DNA of 64,000 nucleotides from an uncultured Desulfosarcina sp. (GCA_963674945.2 CAXXWQ010000003.1:320001-384000); one strand, 5' to 3'; counted from the stretch's first letter, positions 50,960 through 61,729 are shown. The notes: a model not told the origin generated them from the letters alone. Program-made: numbers and translations.

Positions 50960-52075
50960 TTAGATGGGAGGGGAAGCCGAGTCAGCCATCGCCCTCGATG
51001 CGGCTACCATGGCATGGACATTCAGTGGTGGCGTTAAAAGCGGCATTGAACATGCCGGCATCAAAATAAACCCGCCGGGTAACGTTCTTCCAGCTTCAAT
51101 ACATCGGCAGGCTTCGGCATAAACATCAGCAGCGGAACCCGTCGCAAGAAGCGTGGTCGAAATATTCCCGCCAATGATATGGCGGTGGTTGAATGTGTCG
51201 GCGACTTTCTCCAGATCCATTTCTCCAATACTGAAAATGGTTCTCTCCGGCCAGGGAAGTTCGGCCCACGCGGCCAGATTATAATCGTGCCGGCCGCAAA
51301 TGTGGACAAAAAAACGTTTTACGCCTTTGTCAATCAGCTGTTGGTTGATTTTTTTTATTCGCGGCCACGAAAATGTCCTGAATATTCTCTCGCTGACAAG
51401 ATTGTTTGAATCTACCGGTGTACTTAGGAAAACCGAACAATTTTCAGCACCATATTCCTGAATCACCATTTCCGCGGCACTAAGGATAAACTTCATCGCT
51501 TTGTCATAAAGGGAATGGACTGCTTGCGGCTCCTGCAGGTACCATTTCATCAGTCTTTCTATGGACACCATGCCGGCCACCAGCGAAGAGACCGATCCAC
51601 CGCGTATCTTTACAGGATACCCCAGAGAATGGATGACCCGGTTGAATCGGGACAGATTGGGTAGCATACCCGCTGTTTGCGGATCTGGAACCTCCAAACG
51701 GTCCACATCCGACAGGCAGGTCACCGGAAATATGGCCGTGCGAGGCGCCGTATCCGCAATGGTAACAGGAAAATGACAGGCCCCGCCGAATTCCCAACCG
51801 CCCCAATCCGCCCATCCATAGGATGGAGAATCATCGACCTGCAAAAAGGCCTTGGTTAGGATCTGAACCTTCACATTGTCTTCAATGTTGGTGTAGTAGT
51901 CGTATAATGGCAATCCTGCCATCATTGCGGGGTAACCGTCGATAAAAGCAACGACCGGTGTCCTGTCGGGCTTTTGCCCCTGAACAACGGCTTGAAAGCG
52001 CCGATTCGATTGTAAGAATGAACGGCTCTGAAGCATCTGCTTCGTCCATTCTTCATATTGCGCCGAGATAGGCAT
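50960..52075 (-). CDS. Uroporphyrinogen decarboxylase / MtaA-like methyltransferase family protein
   Basis: PDRTPV, HICG, GGNI, GGFILMPAC (HxC...C Zn ligands). Start may be 52036. Confidence 0.85.
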   Translation of the reverse strand: MPISAQYEEWTKQMLQSRSFLQSNRRFQAVVQGQKPDRTPVVAFIDGYPAMMAGLPLYDYYTNIEDNVKVQILTKAFLQVDDSPSYGWADWGGWEFGGACHFPVTIADTAPRTAIFPVTCLSDVDRLEVPDPQTAGMLPNLSRFNRVIHSLGYPVKIRGGSVSSLVAGMVSIERLMKWYLQEPQAVHSLYDKAMKFILSAAEMVIQEYGAENCSVFLSTPVDSNNLVSERIFRTFSWPRIKKINQQLIDKGVKRFFVHICGRHDYNLAAWAELPWPERTIFSIGEMDLEKVADTFNHRHIIGGNISTTLLATGSAADVYAEACRCIEAGRTLPGGFILMPACSMPLLTPPLNVHAMVAASRAMADSASPPI

Positions 52076-52760
52076 TCTGGATACTTTCGTTCCTGCTAAG
52101 GTCTTTGGAAGTTCCGCTTGCGACGATACGGCCGTTTTCCATCACGTAGTTATAATCTGAAATCCCTAAAGCGCGGCGCGCATTTTGCTCGACCAGCATT
52201 ATTGTGATCTGACGCTTGCTCAGCCTTTCAAGAACCGCGAAAAGCTCGCCAACCAAAAACGGAGCCAAGCCCAGACTCGGCTCGTCCAAAAGCAGCAGCT
52301 TGGGTTGCGCCATCAGTGCCCGTCCGATGGCCAGCATTTGTTGTTCTCCACCACTGAGCGCAACGGCCCGCTGTCGCAGGCGTTCGGCAAGCCTTGGAAA
52401 AAGGTCGAGGACCCACTCCAGGTTCTGTTGGAAGGTGTTTTTCCCGCGTTTTCCATATGCCCCCAGTTCAAGGTTCTCAAAAACGCTCATACCTGCAAAA
52501 AGAGCCCTGGACTCAGGAACCAGAGAGATACCCAGGCTGACAATCCGGTGGGGGCCGGAGTGATCGATCTTAACATCGAGGAAGCGAATGGTGCCACTGA
52601 CCGGACGAAGCAATCCGGCGATTGTTTTCAACGTAGTCGATTTTCCTGCACCGTTCGAACCAAGCAACGTAACCAGTTGCCCTTGCTGAATGTGCATATT
52701 GATCTTGCGAAGGACTTGTTGCCCGGCGTAATGTGCGTTTACCGATTCAAGGGTTAGCAC
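52053..52760 (-). CDS. livF: Liv-type ABC ATPase (LivF-like)
   Basis: GSNGAGKST, LSGGEQQM, LLLDEPSLGLAP. Confidence 0.9.
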   Translation of the reverse strand: MLTLESVNAHYAGQQVLRKINMHIQQGQLVTLLGSNGAGKSTTLKTIAGLLRPVSGTIRFLDVKIDHSGPHRIVSLGISLVPESRALFAGMSVFENLELGAYGKRGKNTFQQNLEWVLDLFPRLAERLRQRAVALSGGEQQMLAIGRALMAQPKLLLLDEPSLGLAPFLVGELFAVLERLSKRQITIMLVEQNARRALGISDYNYVMENGRIVASGTSKDLSRNESIQNAYLGAI

Positions 52761-54540
52761 GTGACTCTCCAAGGTAGGCGTTTATGACATTTGTATCCCT
52801 TCGCACCCTGGATGGATCGCCCTCGGCGATAACCCGTCCTTGATTGAGAACACTGACCTGATCGGAAAGCCCCATTACCAGACGCATGGTATGCCCGATC
52901 AACAAGATCGAAATACCCAGGCCGGAGCGAATCCGTTCGATAAGTTCCATCAGCGATTCCAGTTCCGAGGATGTCAGCCCTGCTGCGGGTTCGTCCAACA
53001 GCAGCATCCTTGGTTTTGATGACAGCGCCCTGGCGATTTCAAGCAGACGCTGATGGCCAAAGGCAAGCGATCCTGCCGGAAGATGTCCGTAGGACGATAG
53101 TCCGACGAAATCCAGAAGATCAAGTGCCGTATCGCGTATCTGTTTTTCTCTTTTCAGATGAACGCCGGTCTGGCCGCACATCTGGAAAAAATTCTGTTCA
53201 GTCACTGCTTCGGCTCCGAGAAGAACATTTTCGAGAACAGTCATCTGGCCGAAAAGCTCCACGTTCTGGAAAGTCCGGGCGATTCCCAAATGCGATCGCT
53301 GGCGGACTGGAAGATGCGTGATATCCGTTCCGTTGAAACGAATGTATCCTTTCTCGGTGCTGGTAAGCCCGGAAATGACATTAAAGATGGTCGTCTTTCC
53401 GGCACCGTTGGGACCGATAATGCCATGGATCTGCCTTTCGGATAGTGAAATATCAACTGCGTCGAGCGCCACCAACCCCCCGAAGCACACGCGGATTCCC
53501 TGTGCCTCAAAAAGTGTTTTTTCCCTTGGCAATTTCGTTTCGGCAGATTGATCTGTCTGAATAGAGTAAATTCTTTTCTGTGTTCTCCTGGAACGGTTCG
53601 TCTTCGCCGTGGAAATTGAGCGTTTGCCTGCGATCAGCCCGATGATCCCACGGGGGAGAAAAATAAGCAGCGCAAGCAGCAGAAGGCCGGTCAACAGATC
53701 TTTGTACTCCGCCGTGCCGCGCAGCAATTCCGGTAAAACAGTCAGCATACTGCCGCCAATGGCGGCACCCGCGATTGTTCCCATTCCACCCAGTATTCCC
53801 ATGGTCACATAGGTGATGGAGACAGGAAAAAGAAACGCATCGGGGTTAACGAATTGTGCCAAACCGGCATAGAGCCCGCCGGAAACGCCGGCGATCATGG
53901 CTCCTATTCCGAAGGCAAGGGTTTTGGTATGGTTAAGATCGATTCCCATCACCGTTGCGGCAAGTTCGTTGTCACGGATGGCTGTAAACGCCCGCCCCTG
54001 CCATGAATTGATAATGTTTGATGCCAAAACGAACACCACAATGACGATTGCAGCCAATGCGAAATGAAATGTCTCAGGATACAAATCCCATTTCAAAAAT
54101 CGAGGTACATCAATTGTCAATCCGTTGGGACCATTGGTCAAAGACATCCAGTTTTGTGCCACGAGAACAACAGTCATTCCAAAGCCAAAGGTCACCATGG
54201 CCACACACAATGGACCCAATCGCAGGGCCGGCATTGCAATGATACAGCCGGCAACTGCCGCCAGCAGGCTGCCAGCCCCGAGCGCAATCCAGTAAGGGAT
54301 GCCTGTATGTAACGTCAACAGTGCCGTGGTGTAGGAACCGATGGCGGCAAAACCGGCGTGCCCAAGGGATACCTGCCCCGCAAATCCCATAACGATGTTC
54401 ACGCCGAGTACGGCCGTAATGTTTATGAGACAGAGGCTCAGTATATACAAAGGATAGGAAGGCACAAAAAGAGGGGCGAACAGAACGATGGCTGTGCAGA
54501 GCACTATCAGAACTCTGCTTTCAACGACACGTAATTTCAT
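52747..54540 (-). CDS. Fused Liv-type permease and ATPase (LivM-LivG)
   Basis: GQVSLGHA and AIRDNE permease motifs followed by GPNGAGKTT and LLLDEPAAG. Confidence 0.9.
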   Translation of the reverse strand: MKLRVVESRVLIVLCTAIVLFAPLFVPSYPLYILSLCLINITAVLGVNIVMGFAGQVSLGHAGFAAIGSYTTALLTLHTGIPYWIALGAGSLLAAVAGCIIAMPALRLGPLCVAMVTFGFGMTVVLVAQNWMSLTNGPNGLTIDVPRFLKWDLYPETFHFALAAIVIVVFVLASNIINSWQGRAFTAIRDNELAATVMGIDLNHTKTLAFGIGAMIAGVSGGLYAGLAQFVNPDAFLFPVSITYVTMGILGGMGTIAGAAIGGSMLTVLPELLRGTAEYKDLLTGLLLLALLIFLPRGIIGLIAGKRSISTAKTNRSRRTQKRIYSIQTDQSAETKLPREKTLFEAQGIRVCFGGLVALDAVDISLSERQIHGIIGPNGAGKTTIFNVISGLTSTEKGYIRFNGTDITHLPVRQRSHLGIARTFQNVELFGQMTVLENVLLGAEAVTEQNFFQMCGQTGVHLKREKQIRDTALDLLDFVGLSSYGHLPAGSLAFGHQRLLEIARALSSKPRMLLLDEPAAGLTSSELESLMELIERIRSGLGISILLIGHTMRLVMGLSDQVSVLNQGRVIAEGDPSRVRRDTNVINAYLGESRANP

Positions 54541-55409
54541 GCTCGACGCCATTCCCCCCTGCCAAAGAGTCCATCAGGCCTGATTGCCAGCACGATCAAT
54601 AAAATGATGAATGCAATCACGTCTTTCATGCTGCTATCGAGATAAACACCGCCGAGGTTTTCGATGACCCCAAGGATGATGCCACCGAAAACTGCGCCAG
54701 GTATGCTTTTAAAGCCACCCAGAATCGCACCGATAAACCCTTTGATGCCGATACTGCCCATGTCTGGTGTGATGATGATCAACGGCGCCAATAAAATGCC
54801 CGCAACGGCGGCCAATGCTGAACTGAGCCCCCAGATCAAGGCAAAGTTCAATGGCACATGAATGCCCACGATGGATGCTGCCATTCGATTTTCGGATGTG
54901 GCTTTCATTCCCTTGCCCAGCCATGTTTTTGAGAAGAAAGCCGCTAAAGAAACCACCAGAAGAAGTGATGTGGCAATGATGCCAAGTCCCAATGGCGTCA
55001 CGGTAACACCAGCAAGTGTGAAAGGTGTGAGAGGAAACAAAGGAGGAAACTGGCTGACTTCCTGACCTCTGAATATGCGAACTGTAGCACGCATGATTTG
55101 GGCAACAGCAACCGTGGCGAGGATTACAGTAGTCTCCGGTGCGTTGAAGAGTGGCCGATAGATGATTACTTCCAGCAATATACCGAGTATTCCGGCCAGG
55201 ATTATCGCCAGAAGCACGGCCAGGATATATCCCATCCCGAAATCGAAGTGAAACAGGAGCGCAAAAATAGCCCCCAGCATCATCATTTCACCTTGTGCGA
55301 AATTAAGTACGCCAGTCGCTTTGTAAATGATGACAAATCCGATACCCACCAAGGCATACAGGCTGCCTAGCGTAATACCGCTGATAATAACTTGAGGAAA
55401 CAGAATCAT
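54537..55409 (-). CDS. livH: Liv-type ABC permease (LivH-like)
   Basis: GSLYAL, LNFAQGE, ILGG, RPDGLFG. Confidence 0.9.
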   Translation of the reverse strand: MILFPQVIISGITLGSLYALVGIGFVIIYKATGVLNFAQGEMMMLGAIFALLFHFDFGMGYILAVLLAIILAGILGILLEVIIYRPLFNAPETTVILATVAVAQIMRATVRIFRGQEVSQFPPLFPLTPFTLAGVTVTPLGLGIIATSLLLVVSLAAFFSKTWLGKGMKATSENRMAASIVGIHVPLNFALIWGLSSALAAVAGILLAPLIIITPDMGSIGIKGFIGAILGGFKSIPGAVFGGIILGVIENLGGVYLDSSMKDVIAFIILLIVLAIRPDGLFGRGEWRRA

Positions 55410-55507
55410 CGGCTTGACCGGGAGGGAAAGTGCAAAGCGAGGATCGATGGCGTTTTATTGCCCCATCGATCCATCGCTCACTTGCGACCACTTTGTAACA
55501 ACAAATA

Positions 55508-56683
55508 CTATTTCAGGTGCCATTTCAGATCCGACCCAACACTGATGATCTGCATTTGGGAGGTTCCTTCATGACTATTCGCCGTATAGGTAATGGGAAA
55601 TGTGACTTCTGTCTGGAAGTTATCCAAAGATTCGAGTGCATCGATAAAACGCTCCCGGGTCAGTTCCTTTCCTGTGCGTTTCAGCGCCTCCTCGCAAACT
55701 TTGCCGGCCCCATATGCTGCAAGATCATATTCCGATGGCCTGCCGCTGGGGTATTTGCCATCGGTATATATCAGTTTGCGCAAATGTTCACGATATGCCT
55801 TCACCGCTTGCGAATCACCACTGTCCGCCATTTCCGGCAGGACGAAACAGGCTGTGAAGCCAACGGATGCATTCCCGGCAGCTTGCTGAAAAAGGTTCGT
55901 GGCCGTGGCCCCACCGCCGAACATTTTTGCAGTAATACCCAATTCTTTTGCCTGACGCACGATAATACCCCCTTCGGCAGCATAGGAGTAAATCAGTACA
56001 CCGTCCGGAGCAAACTGCTTGATACGTAGCAGCTGCGCACTGAAGTCCTGATCTCCCTGGTTGTATCGCTCTGCGGCAACCAAATCCATTCCATATTTAT
56101 TTTTCAAATATGATTTGACTTCTTCAAACCCACCAACACCATAATCGTTGCTGTTATAGATGACAGCGGGTTTTTTTATGTTTTCTTTGTCAATCATCCA
56201 ATTGATAATTGCCTTCGCCTGATCTGTCTCATTTGCGTAAATTCTGAAAATGTATCGTGAGAAAGGATTCATCAGATTGTTATTGGAAGAAATGGAACTG
56301 ACAAAAGGGACCTTTTTTCTGGTAATATACTTTCTCATTGGCAGTGTTGAGCTGCTGGTCGAGCCAGAAATCAGCATGAAAACATTATCCTGCTCTACTA
56401 AACGCCTCACGGCTGCCTGGCCTTCTTGAGGAGACGCACCATCATCATAAACGATAAGCTTTATTTTTCGGCCGTTGATGCCCCCTGTGGCGTTGACCTG
56501 GTCAACCCAGACTTTTACACCATCGCTGGCCGAGGTACCCAGCAATGAAACTGGACCACTCAAAGGCGTCCACATGCCAATCTTAATTTCATCATCTGAG
56601 ACACCCGTCTCTGCATTAACAGATCCAATTGTTATCAATAGAGTAGTAAAGACCGCAGCAACGAGGACGGATTTAAATCTCAT
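55508..56683 (-). CDS. Liv-type ABC substrate-binding protein
   Basis: Signal peptide; GVSDDEIKIG, PLSGP, GGINGRKI..YDD. Confidence 0.9.
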   Translation of the reverse strand: MRFKSVLVAAVFTTLLITIGSVNAETGVSDDEIKIGMWTPLSGPVSLLGTSASDGVKVWVDQVNATGGINGRKIKLIVYDDGASPQEGQAAVRRLVEQDNVFMLISGSTSSSTLPMRKYITRKKVPFVSSISSNNNLMNPFSRYIFRIYANETDQAKAIINWMIDKENIKKPAVIYNSNDYGVGGFEEVKSYLKNKYGMDLVAAERYNQGDQDFSAQLLRIKQFAPDGVLIYSYAAEGGIIVRQAKELGITAKMFGGGATATNLFQQAAGNASVGFTACFVLPEMADSGDSQAVKAYREHLRKLIYTDGKYPSGRPSEYDLAAYGAGKVCEEALKRTGKELTRERFIDALESLDNFQTEVTFPITYTANSHEGTSQMQIISVGSDLKWHLK

Positions 56684-57134
56684 CTTTGAACTCCCTTTTG
56701 GTTGTCTTGCCTGTCATAAAATCGCTCAATAGCTGTAAATAGAAATAGTAATCGACAGTTAATAATGGATAAACCACATACAGTCAAATACATATTTCAT
56801 ATGTTATCGGAAAGATAGATTTATAAAGTCTATATCGAGCCACCCATATTGTAGCCGGCAAACGAAATCTTTATCTACCCGCTTCATTTTTCACTCTTCT
56901 CTACCTCATTTCTCAGATTACGATCCGTGTGTACAAAGTTTGAAATGTAAAACGTGGAAGAGATAGAGAATATTGAAATATTTGGGGAGCGGATATTTTG
57001 AAGGATATAGTTATGAGCGGTGTGGATGCTGCAGGGCGTTGATGCATTTTACCAAATTCGATACAGGCAAATGCCAACCATTTTGTTCCACAACACCAAT
57101 GAGTGTAAGAACACTTCCTTGTTCGGATGACCTG

Positions 57135-57347
57135 TTACTCTTCAAGTGCATTCGATAGTTGATTGGAGCAATGACTCAGAAATTTGTTGTACTGACCTTT
57201 CGTAAGAAACAATCTATGAACGAATGGTTGATTTTGGCGTCCCTTGTCCAGGTTTTCCTTTTGGTCAAAACTGCACCTGACAATTTTCAAAGTGTCCAAA
57301 TCTATATCAATGAAATAGCGTGTGTCCTTATCTTTAATTCCGCTCAT
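57135..57347 (-). CDS. Small hypothetical protein (70 aa)
   Basis: GGAG RBS; MSGIKDKDTRYFIDIDL...HRLFLTKGQYNKF. Confidence 0.65.
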   Translation of the reverse strand: MSGIKDKDTRYFIDIDLDTLKIVRCSFDQKENLDKGRQNQPFVHRLFLTKGQYNKFLSHCSNQLSNALEE

Positions 57348-57393
57348 TTGAATATTCTCCAAGAGTGCTATCGGAAATGATTTACTTACAATA

Positions 57394-57867
57394 TTAGTCC
57401 TTACCAAGGTAAACGCCTTCATAATCCAATGTGCTCAGCGGAACCTGGTCCTGTAATAATTCGGCATCAATGATCTCACCGATAAAAAGGGTATGATTGC
57501 CGGGTTTGTATCTCTCAACGACTTTGCATTCCAGATATCCGATACAATCAGATAAGATAGGTGATCCGGTTTGACCCGCTCTATAGTCAATTCCGGTAAA
57601 TTTGCCCATTGGATCAGGTCCTTTGAATCTGGATAGAAAATCCTTCTGATCTTGTGACAGAATATTCAAGACAAAGCTGCCACTTTTTTCAAGGAGTTTG
57701 TGGGAATAGCGATTTGGATGGATTGCGGCCATAATCAGCGGTGGATCGTATGATATCATGGATACCCAGGAGGCGATCATCCCATTAATTTTTTCTTTAT
57801 CGGCGGTAGTAAGCACATAGATGCCGAAGGGCATTTTGCTGATTGCTTTTATCCATTCTGTTTTCAT
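57394..57867 (-). CDS. Flavin reductase-like protein
   Basis: GIYVLT, SWVSMISYDPP, GSPIL, GNHTLFIGE. Confidence 0.9.
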   Translation of the reverse strand: MKTEWIKAISKMPFGIYVLTTADKEKINGMIASWVSMISYDPPLIMAAIHPNRYSHKLLEKSGSFVLNILSQDQKDFLSRFKGPDPMGKFTGIDYRAGQTGSPILSDCIGYLECKVVERYKPGNHTLFIGEIIDAELLQDQVPLSTLDYEGVYLGKD

Positions 57868-58387
57868 GGAATTTTTTCCAGATTGATTATGATTGGATAA
57901 GTGACCAAGTGATAATCAATCCACACAAGATAGAATCATCGTAAATCAATTCTCACTCAATTCATTTCCGCACCTTCTGATCAATCCAACACCTCCCAAA
58001 CACCACATACCCGATACCATCACCCGCAGCTGATAAAACCACCGTACCTGTCTTTTTTGAAATCACGATACTCCAGGCTAACCCATCATCAACATTTTCC
58101 ACGCCATCTTCAACGCCTTGGAGGATCAGTTTGTTTTCGATATGCACTATACGTTCAATCCTGCTGGTCTTTCTGACCAAGCTGTCCTTGGATGGCCGAA
58201 TGATCTTATTTTCAAAATCAATGACGAAATCTTGTGGGAGCCCAACAGAATCCGGGTTGACGTTGTCCTTTGTTTTGAATTTGTTGATTTCAAGTATTCT
58301 GTCAACGGTGCCGTATAGCGGTTTTGATCCATCGAAGTCGCCAGCGAAAGTGGACAGAGGTATGACCAAAAGAAAGATTGAAAATAT

Positions 58388-60043
58388 CCTGTTTCCGTGG
58401 CACAAAACCTGATTAAAACACTATAACCAATTGATAAAACATATATATTATGGTAATATTAGGGCACTAAACGCTCACTTCGGAGGTGAAATCAATGCGG
58501 CGTCCGATCACCATAAAACACGAGATGGAAAAACTTGCCAGTCATAGCGGATTGATCAATATCGGCGCATTACTTGATGCGATAAATTTCAGGTTCCGTT
58601 TCGAAAAGATCAACGGCGTCCATTGTGTAGACCCGAAAATTTCTCATGGTGACATTTTAGCTTCGATGATTGCTCTCATGAGTATTGGTAAACCTGATTA
58701 CGATGCGATCGAGATTTTTCGTGAGAAGCAAGAATTTTTCAACAAGGCCATTGGCAATCGTGCATGCCCGTCAAGCCCGACATTGCGTCAGCGAATCGAT
58801 TTGATCGGCAACCAAGCCGATAAGCTGATTAAGGATGCAGGCGTTGATTTGGTTCGATCCTGCGCTCCGGCGATTTCACCCATCCAAACCAGTGCGGGTG
58901 ATTTCCTTCCTTTGGATATGGATGTGAGTCCGTTTGACAACTCAAAGACTCAAAAGGAAGGCGTTTCCAGAACCTACAAAGGCACGGATGGCTTCGCTCC
59001 GATCTTTGCCTACCTGGGCACCGAGGGGTATCTGGTGAATCTTGAGTTCAGAGAAGGAAAACAACACTGCCAGAAAAACACCCCCGAATTTATCAACGCC
59101 ACCTTGGATTATGCCAGGCAAATTACCGATCAGCCTATTTTGATGAGGTTGGATTCAGGAAACGACAGTCAAGACAACTTTCCTGACGATTCACGAAAGA
59201 ATGTCCACTTTATCATCAAACGCAATTTGCGTAGAGAATCTGTTCAAAAGTGGGTTGATCTGGCAAAAAAATCCGGCAAGCAACAGCATTGCCGCTCAGG
59301 AAAATGTGTATGGATCGGAAAGACGATTGAAGACATCAACGGCAATCCATTGCGCTACCCAATCATCTTTGAGGTTACCGAAAGGCATACCAAAAAGGGC
59401 CAAGTACTGCTGTTCCCCGAGTATCAGATCGATACCTATTGGTGCAGCCTCGCACAGTTGCCACCGGATGAGGTGATTCGACTTTATCACGATCACGGTA
59501 CCAGCGAGCAGTTTCACTCCGAACTCAAATCCGACATGGGCCTGGAGCGCTTGCCGAGCGGTCATTTTTCCACCAATAGCTTGATTCTTCATTTGGCGAT
59601 GCTGACGTACAACATGCTACGGATTATCGGACAAATCAGCATCGAAGAGAGTGATCCGACTGAATTGCCCGGTATACGCCGGAAGAAAGTTACCCGGCGT
59701 CGAATCCGGACAGTCATGCAGGACTTGATGTATATGGCCGGTCGATTAGTAACCAGAAGTAGAAAATGGTACATATCCTTTGGCCAACTCAATCCATTTT
59801 CCAAACTGATGGATCGGATTTATCTTCGTCTGAATTTGCTTTCCGCTATGAAGTAGCTATAATTTTTAAAAGAACAATTTTACAGGCATTTGCTTGGTGA
59901 TTTGCTATGGCTAAAGAATGAGAAACAGGAGCAAAATTCCTTCGAAATTTGAAAATAGTGAGAAAAATTATCAACAAATGATGGTGTGTGAGGCAATCGC
60001 CCCGCGCCAATCCTAACAGCAAAAATTAGGCCACTGATTCAGG
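58388..60043 (+). mobile_element. IS1380-family element, copy 2 (1656 bp)
   Basis: Same ends and same protein as copy 1; target duplication AATAT (58383-58387 / 60044-60048). Confidence 0.95.
58486..59856 (+). CDS. IS1380 family transposase
   Basis: Protein identical to 41374-42744. Confidence 0.95.
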   Translation: MKSMRRPITIKHEMEKLASHSGLINIGALLDAINFRFRFEKINGVHCVDPKISHGDILASMIALMSIGKPDYDAIEIFREKQEFFNKAIGNRACPSSPTLRQRIDLIGNQADKLIKDAGVDLVRSCAPAISPIQTSAGDFLPLDMDVSPFDNSKTQKEGVSRTYKGTDGFAPIFAYLGTEGYLVNLEFREGKQHCQKNTPEFINATLDYARQITDQPILMRLDSGNDSQDNFPDDSRKNVHFIIKRNLRRESVQKWVDLAKKSGKQQHCRSGKCVWIGKTIEDINGNPLRYPIIFEVTERHTKKGQVLLFPEYQIDTYWCSLAQLPPDEVIRLYHDHGTSEQFHSELKSDMGLERLPSGHFSTNSLILHLAMLTYNMLRIIGQISIEESDPTELPGIRRKKVTRRRIRTVMQDLMYMAGRLVTRSRKWYISFGQLNPFSKLMDRIYLRLNLLSAMK

Positions 60044-60087
60044 AATATAATTCGGTTTAGAAACACGATTCTTTTCTCTCAATTTTG

Positions 60088-60249
60088 TCAGGACTTTTCC
60101 TTCGCGAGAAAAATGAATGGGATGGCAAGCGGGCCAAATACAGCACCCATGATAGCCCAGAATATCGTGTTCAGACCTCGTTTATCAGTAATAAACTATA
60201 AAAGGGCCGCACATCCAATGGGAATTATAATAATGACGAATTCTACCAT
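60088..60249 (-). pseudogene. Small membrane protein with an in-frame TAG (60196-60198)
   Basis: MVEFVIIIIPIGCAALL*FITDKRGLNTIFWAIMGAVFGPLAIPFIFLAKEKS*; AGGA RBS. Confidence 0.6.
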
Positions 60250-60646
60250 AATGAATATTTCCTATTTGTTGTCTTTTTTTGAAAAACGAGAGTGTCTTTT
60301 TGAATAGACAATCAATGTGGTAGCTGGTGACCAGATTATCGTATATAGATTGATTTTGTCAAAAGGTTGCTTTTTAAAGGTTGGGTTATGTTGGATCCAC
60401 TCGTTTGGATTAGAGGAACTGGCAGTCCGTGAGTCCCAATTCCCAGCCAATTCCAATTTGTTTGAACTTCGATATCTTGTACCATCAGTGCCATAAGTTC
60501 TGATTGAGGTTGCATTTTCTGTGAACACCCCATACATCCGTAATGGTGATCGCGACAGAATTATCGATTTGACACCAAATGAAATATTTGCGACTTTGGA
60601 TCAGTCTCACCTGTTATTTCCGGCCCAACACTTACGGAGTAACCAT

Positions 60647-60931
60647 ATGGCACTAACGAAAAATGATATCGTTGATCGGATCTATGAAGAGCTTGGCTAT
60701 CCCAAAAATCAGGCCCAAGAAATCACAGAAGACCTGCTGGAAATCATGAAGTCAACCATGGAATCCGGTGATGATGTCCTGGTTTCCGGTTTTGGCAAGT
60801 TCTGTATTCAGGAAAAGAGAGCCCGGAAAGGAAGGAATCCGGCCACCGGTGAAGATTTGATGCTGCGGTCGAGACGGAGAGTTACCTTCAAGTGTTCCGG
60901 TAAGTTGCGGGAAAAGGTGAATGAGGGCTGA
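60647..60931 (+). CDS. ihfA: Integration host factor alpha-like subunit
   Basis: MALTKNDIV, SGFGKF, RKGRNPATGE, VTFKCSGKL. Confidence 0.92.
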   Translation: MALTKNDIVDRIYEELGYPKNQAQEITEDLLEIMKSTMESGDDVLVSGFGKFCIQEKRARKGRNPATGEDLMLRSRRRVTFKCSGKLREKVNEG

Positions 60932-60932
60932 T

Positions 60933-61331
60933 ATGTGTGGCAGATTCGTTGGATTCAGACCACTCGAAGAATTGCGACATCATTTTCCCATTAATGTTTC
61001 CAAAGTGGATGCCTCCGAAAATTTCAATGTAGCCCCATCTCAAGAAGTCCTTGCCATTGCCCGTTACGTAGGCAAAAATCATCTGGTTACATTCAACTGG
61101 GGTCTTGTTCCCTTTTGGGCCAAGGATATCAGCATCGGAAACCGGATGATCAATGCACGTTCTGAGACCGCCGCAACGAAACCCAGCTTTCGCGATGCTT
61201 TCAGGAAACGCCGATGCCTGATCCTTGCGGATGGATTCTATACAGAACTGAAAGCCATTCCCGTTTCCAAGCAGGTAAATTCGGTGCAAAACAATCGGCC
61301 GGAAAATATAAAACCAGTTGACACAAAATAG
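60933..61331 (+). pseudogene. SOS response-associated peptidase (SRAP/YedK) with an internal deletion
   Basis: MCGRF, FNVAPSQ, WGLVP, INARSE, RCLILADGFY fused directly to C-terminal TELKAIPVSKQVNS; the EW...AGLW...HxRMP core is missing. Confidence 0.85.
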
Positions 61332-61366
61332 CAGAATGGATTGATGACTTTCATATAGGTGATCCC

Positions 61367-61729
61367 ATGTTCTGTCCAAAATGCAGAGCCGAATATCGAG
61401 AAGGTTTTCATACCTGCTCGGATTGCAATATTGAACTGGTCGATGAGTTACCTCTATTGCCTGAACCTGAATTTGTGGATTTTATTGAAATATTGGCCAC
61501 CTACAGTCCAGCAGATGTAGTATTTTTAAAATCTTTACTTGAAAGCGAAGGAATCCAATATTTTTTCAAAGGTGAGCATTTTATGTACATGCGTCCTCTG
61601 GCTGATCCTGTGAGACTGATGGTAAGGAAAGACCAGGTTGAAGAAGCCGCTGAATTGGTAAAGGATGTCAGGTTATCTGTTGCCGGGCTGAGTTTGGATA
61701 AGAGATCTGAGGATGATGATGGTGATTGA
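61367..61729 (+). CDS. Zn-ribbon plus DUF2007-like protein
   Basis: MFCPKCRAEYREGFHTCSDCNIELV; LKSLLESEGI. Confidence 0.8.
   Translation: MFCPKCRAEYREGFHTCSDCNIELVDELPLLPEPEFVDFIEILATYSPADVVFLKSLLESEGIQYFFKGEHFMYMRPLADPVRLMVRKDQVEEAAELVKDVRLSVAGLSLDKRSEDDDGD

Larger units (their letters stand above)
57962..60066 (-). pseudogene. Secreted hypothetical protein whose signal peptide is split by IS1380 copy 2
   Basis: Removing the IS and one AATAT copy gives GTG(60066) MFLNRIIFSIFLLVIPLSTFAGDFDGSKPL... in frame to 57962. Confidence 0.85.

Noticed and set aside
41276..60043. Composite transposon formed by the two IS1380 copies
   Set aside because: Each copy has its own distinct TSD, and the outer flanks (TTTAG versus AATAT) do not match
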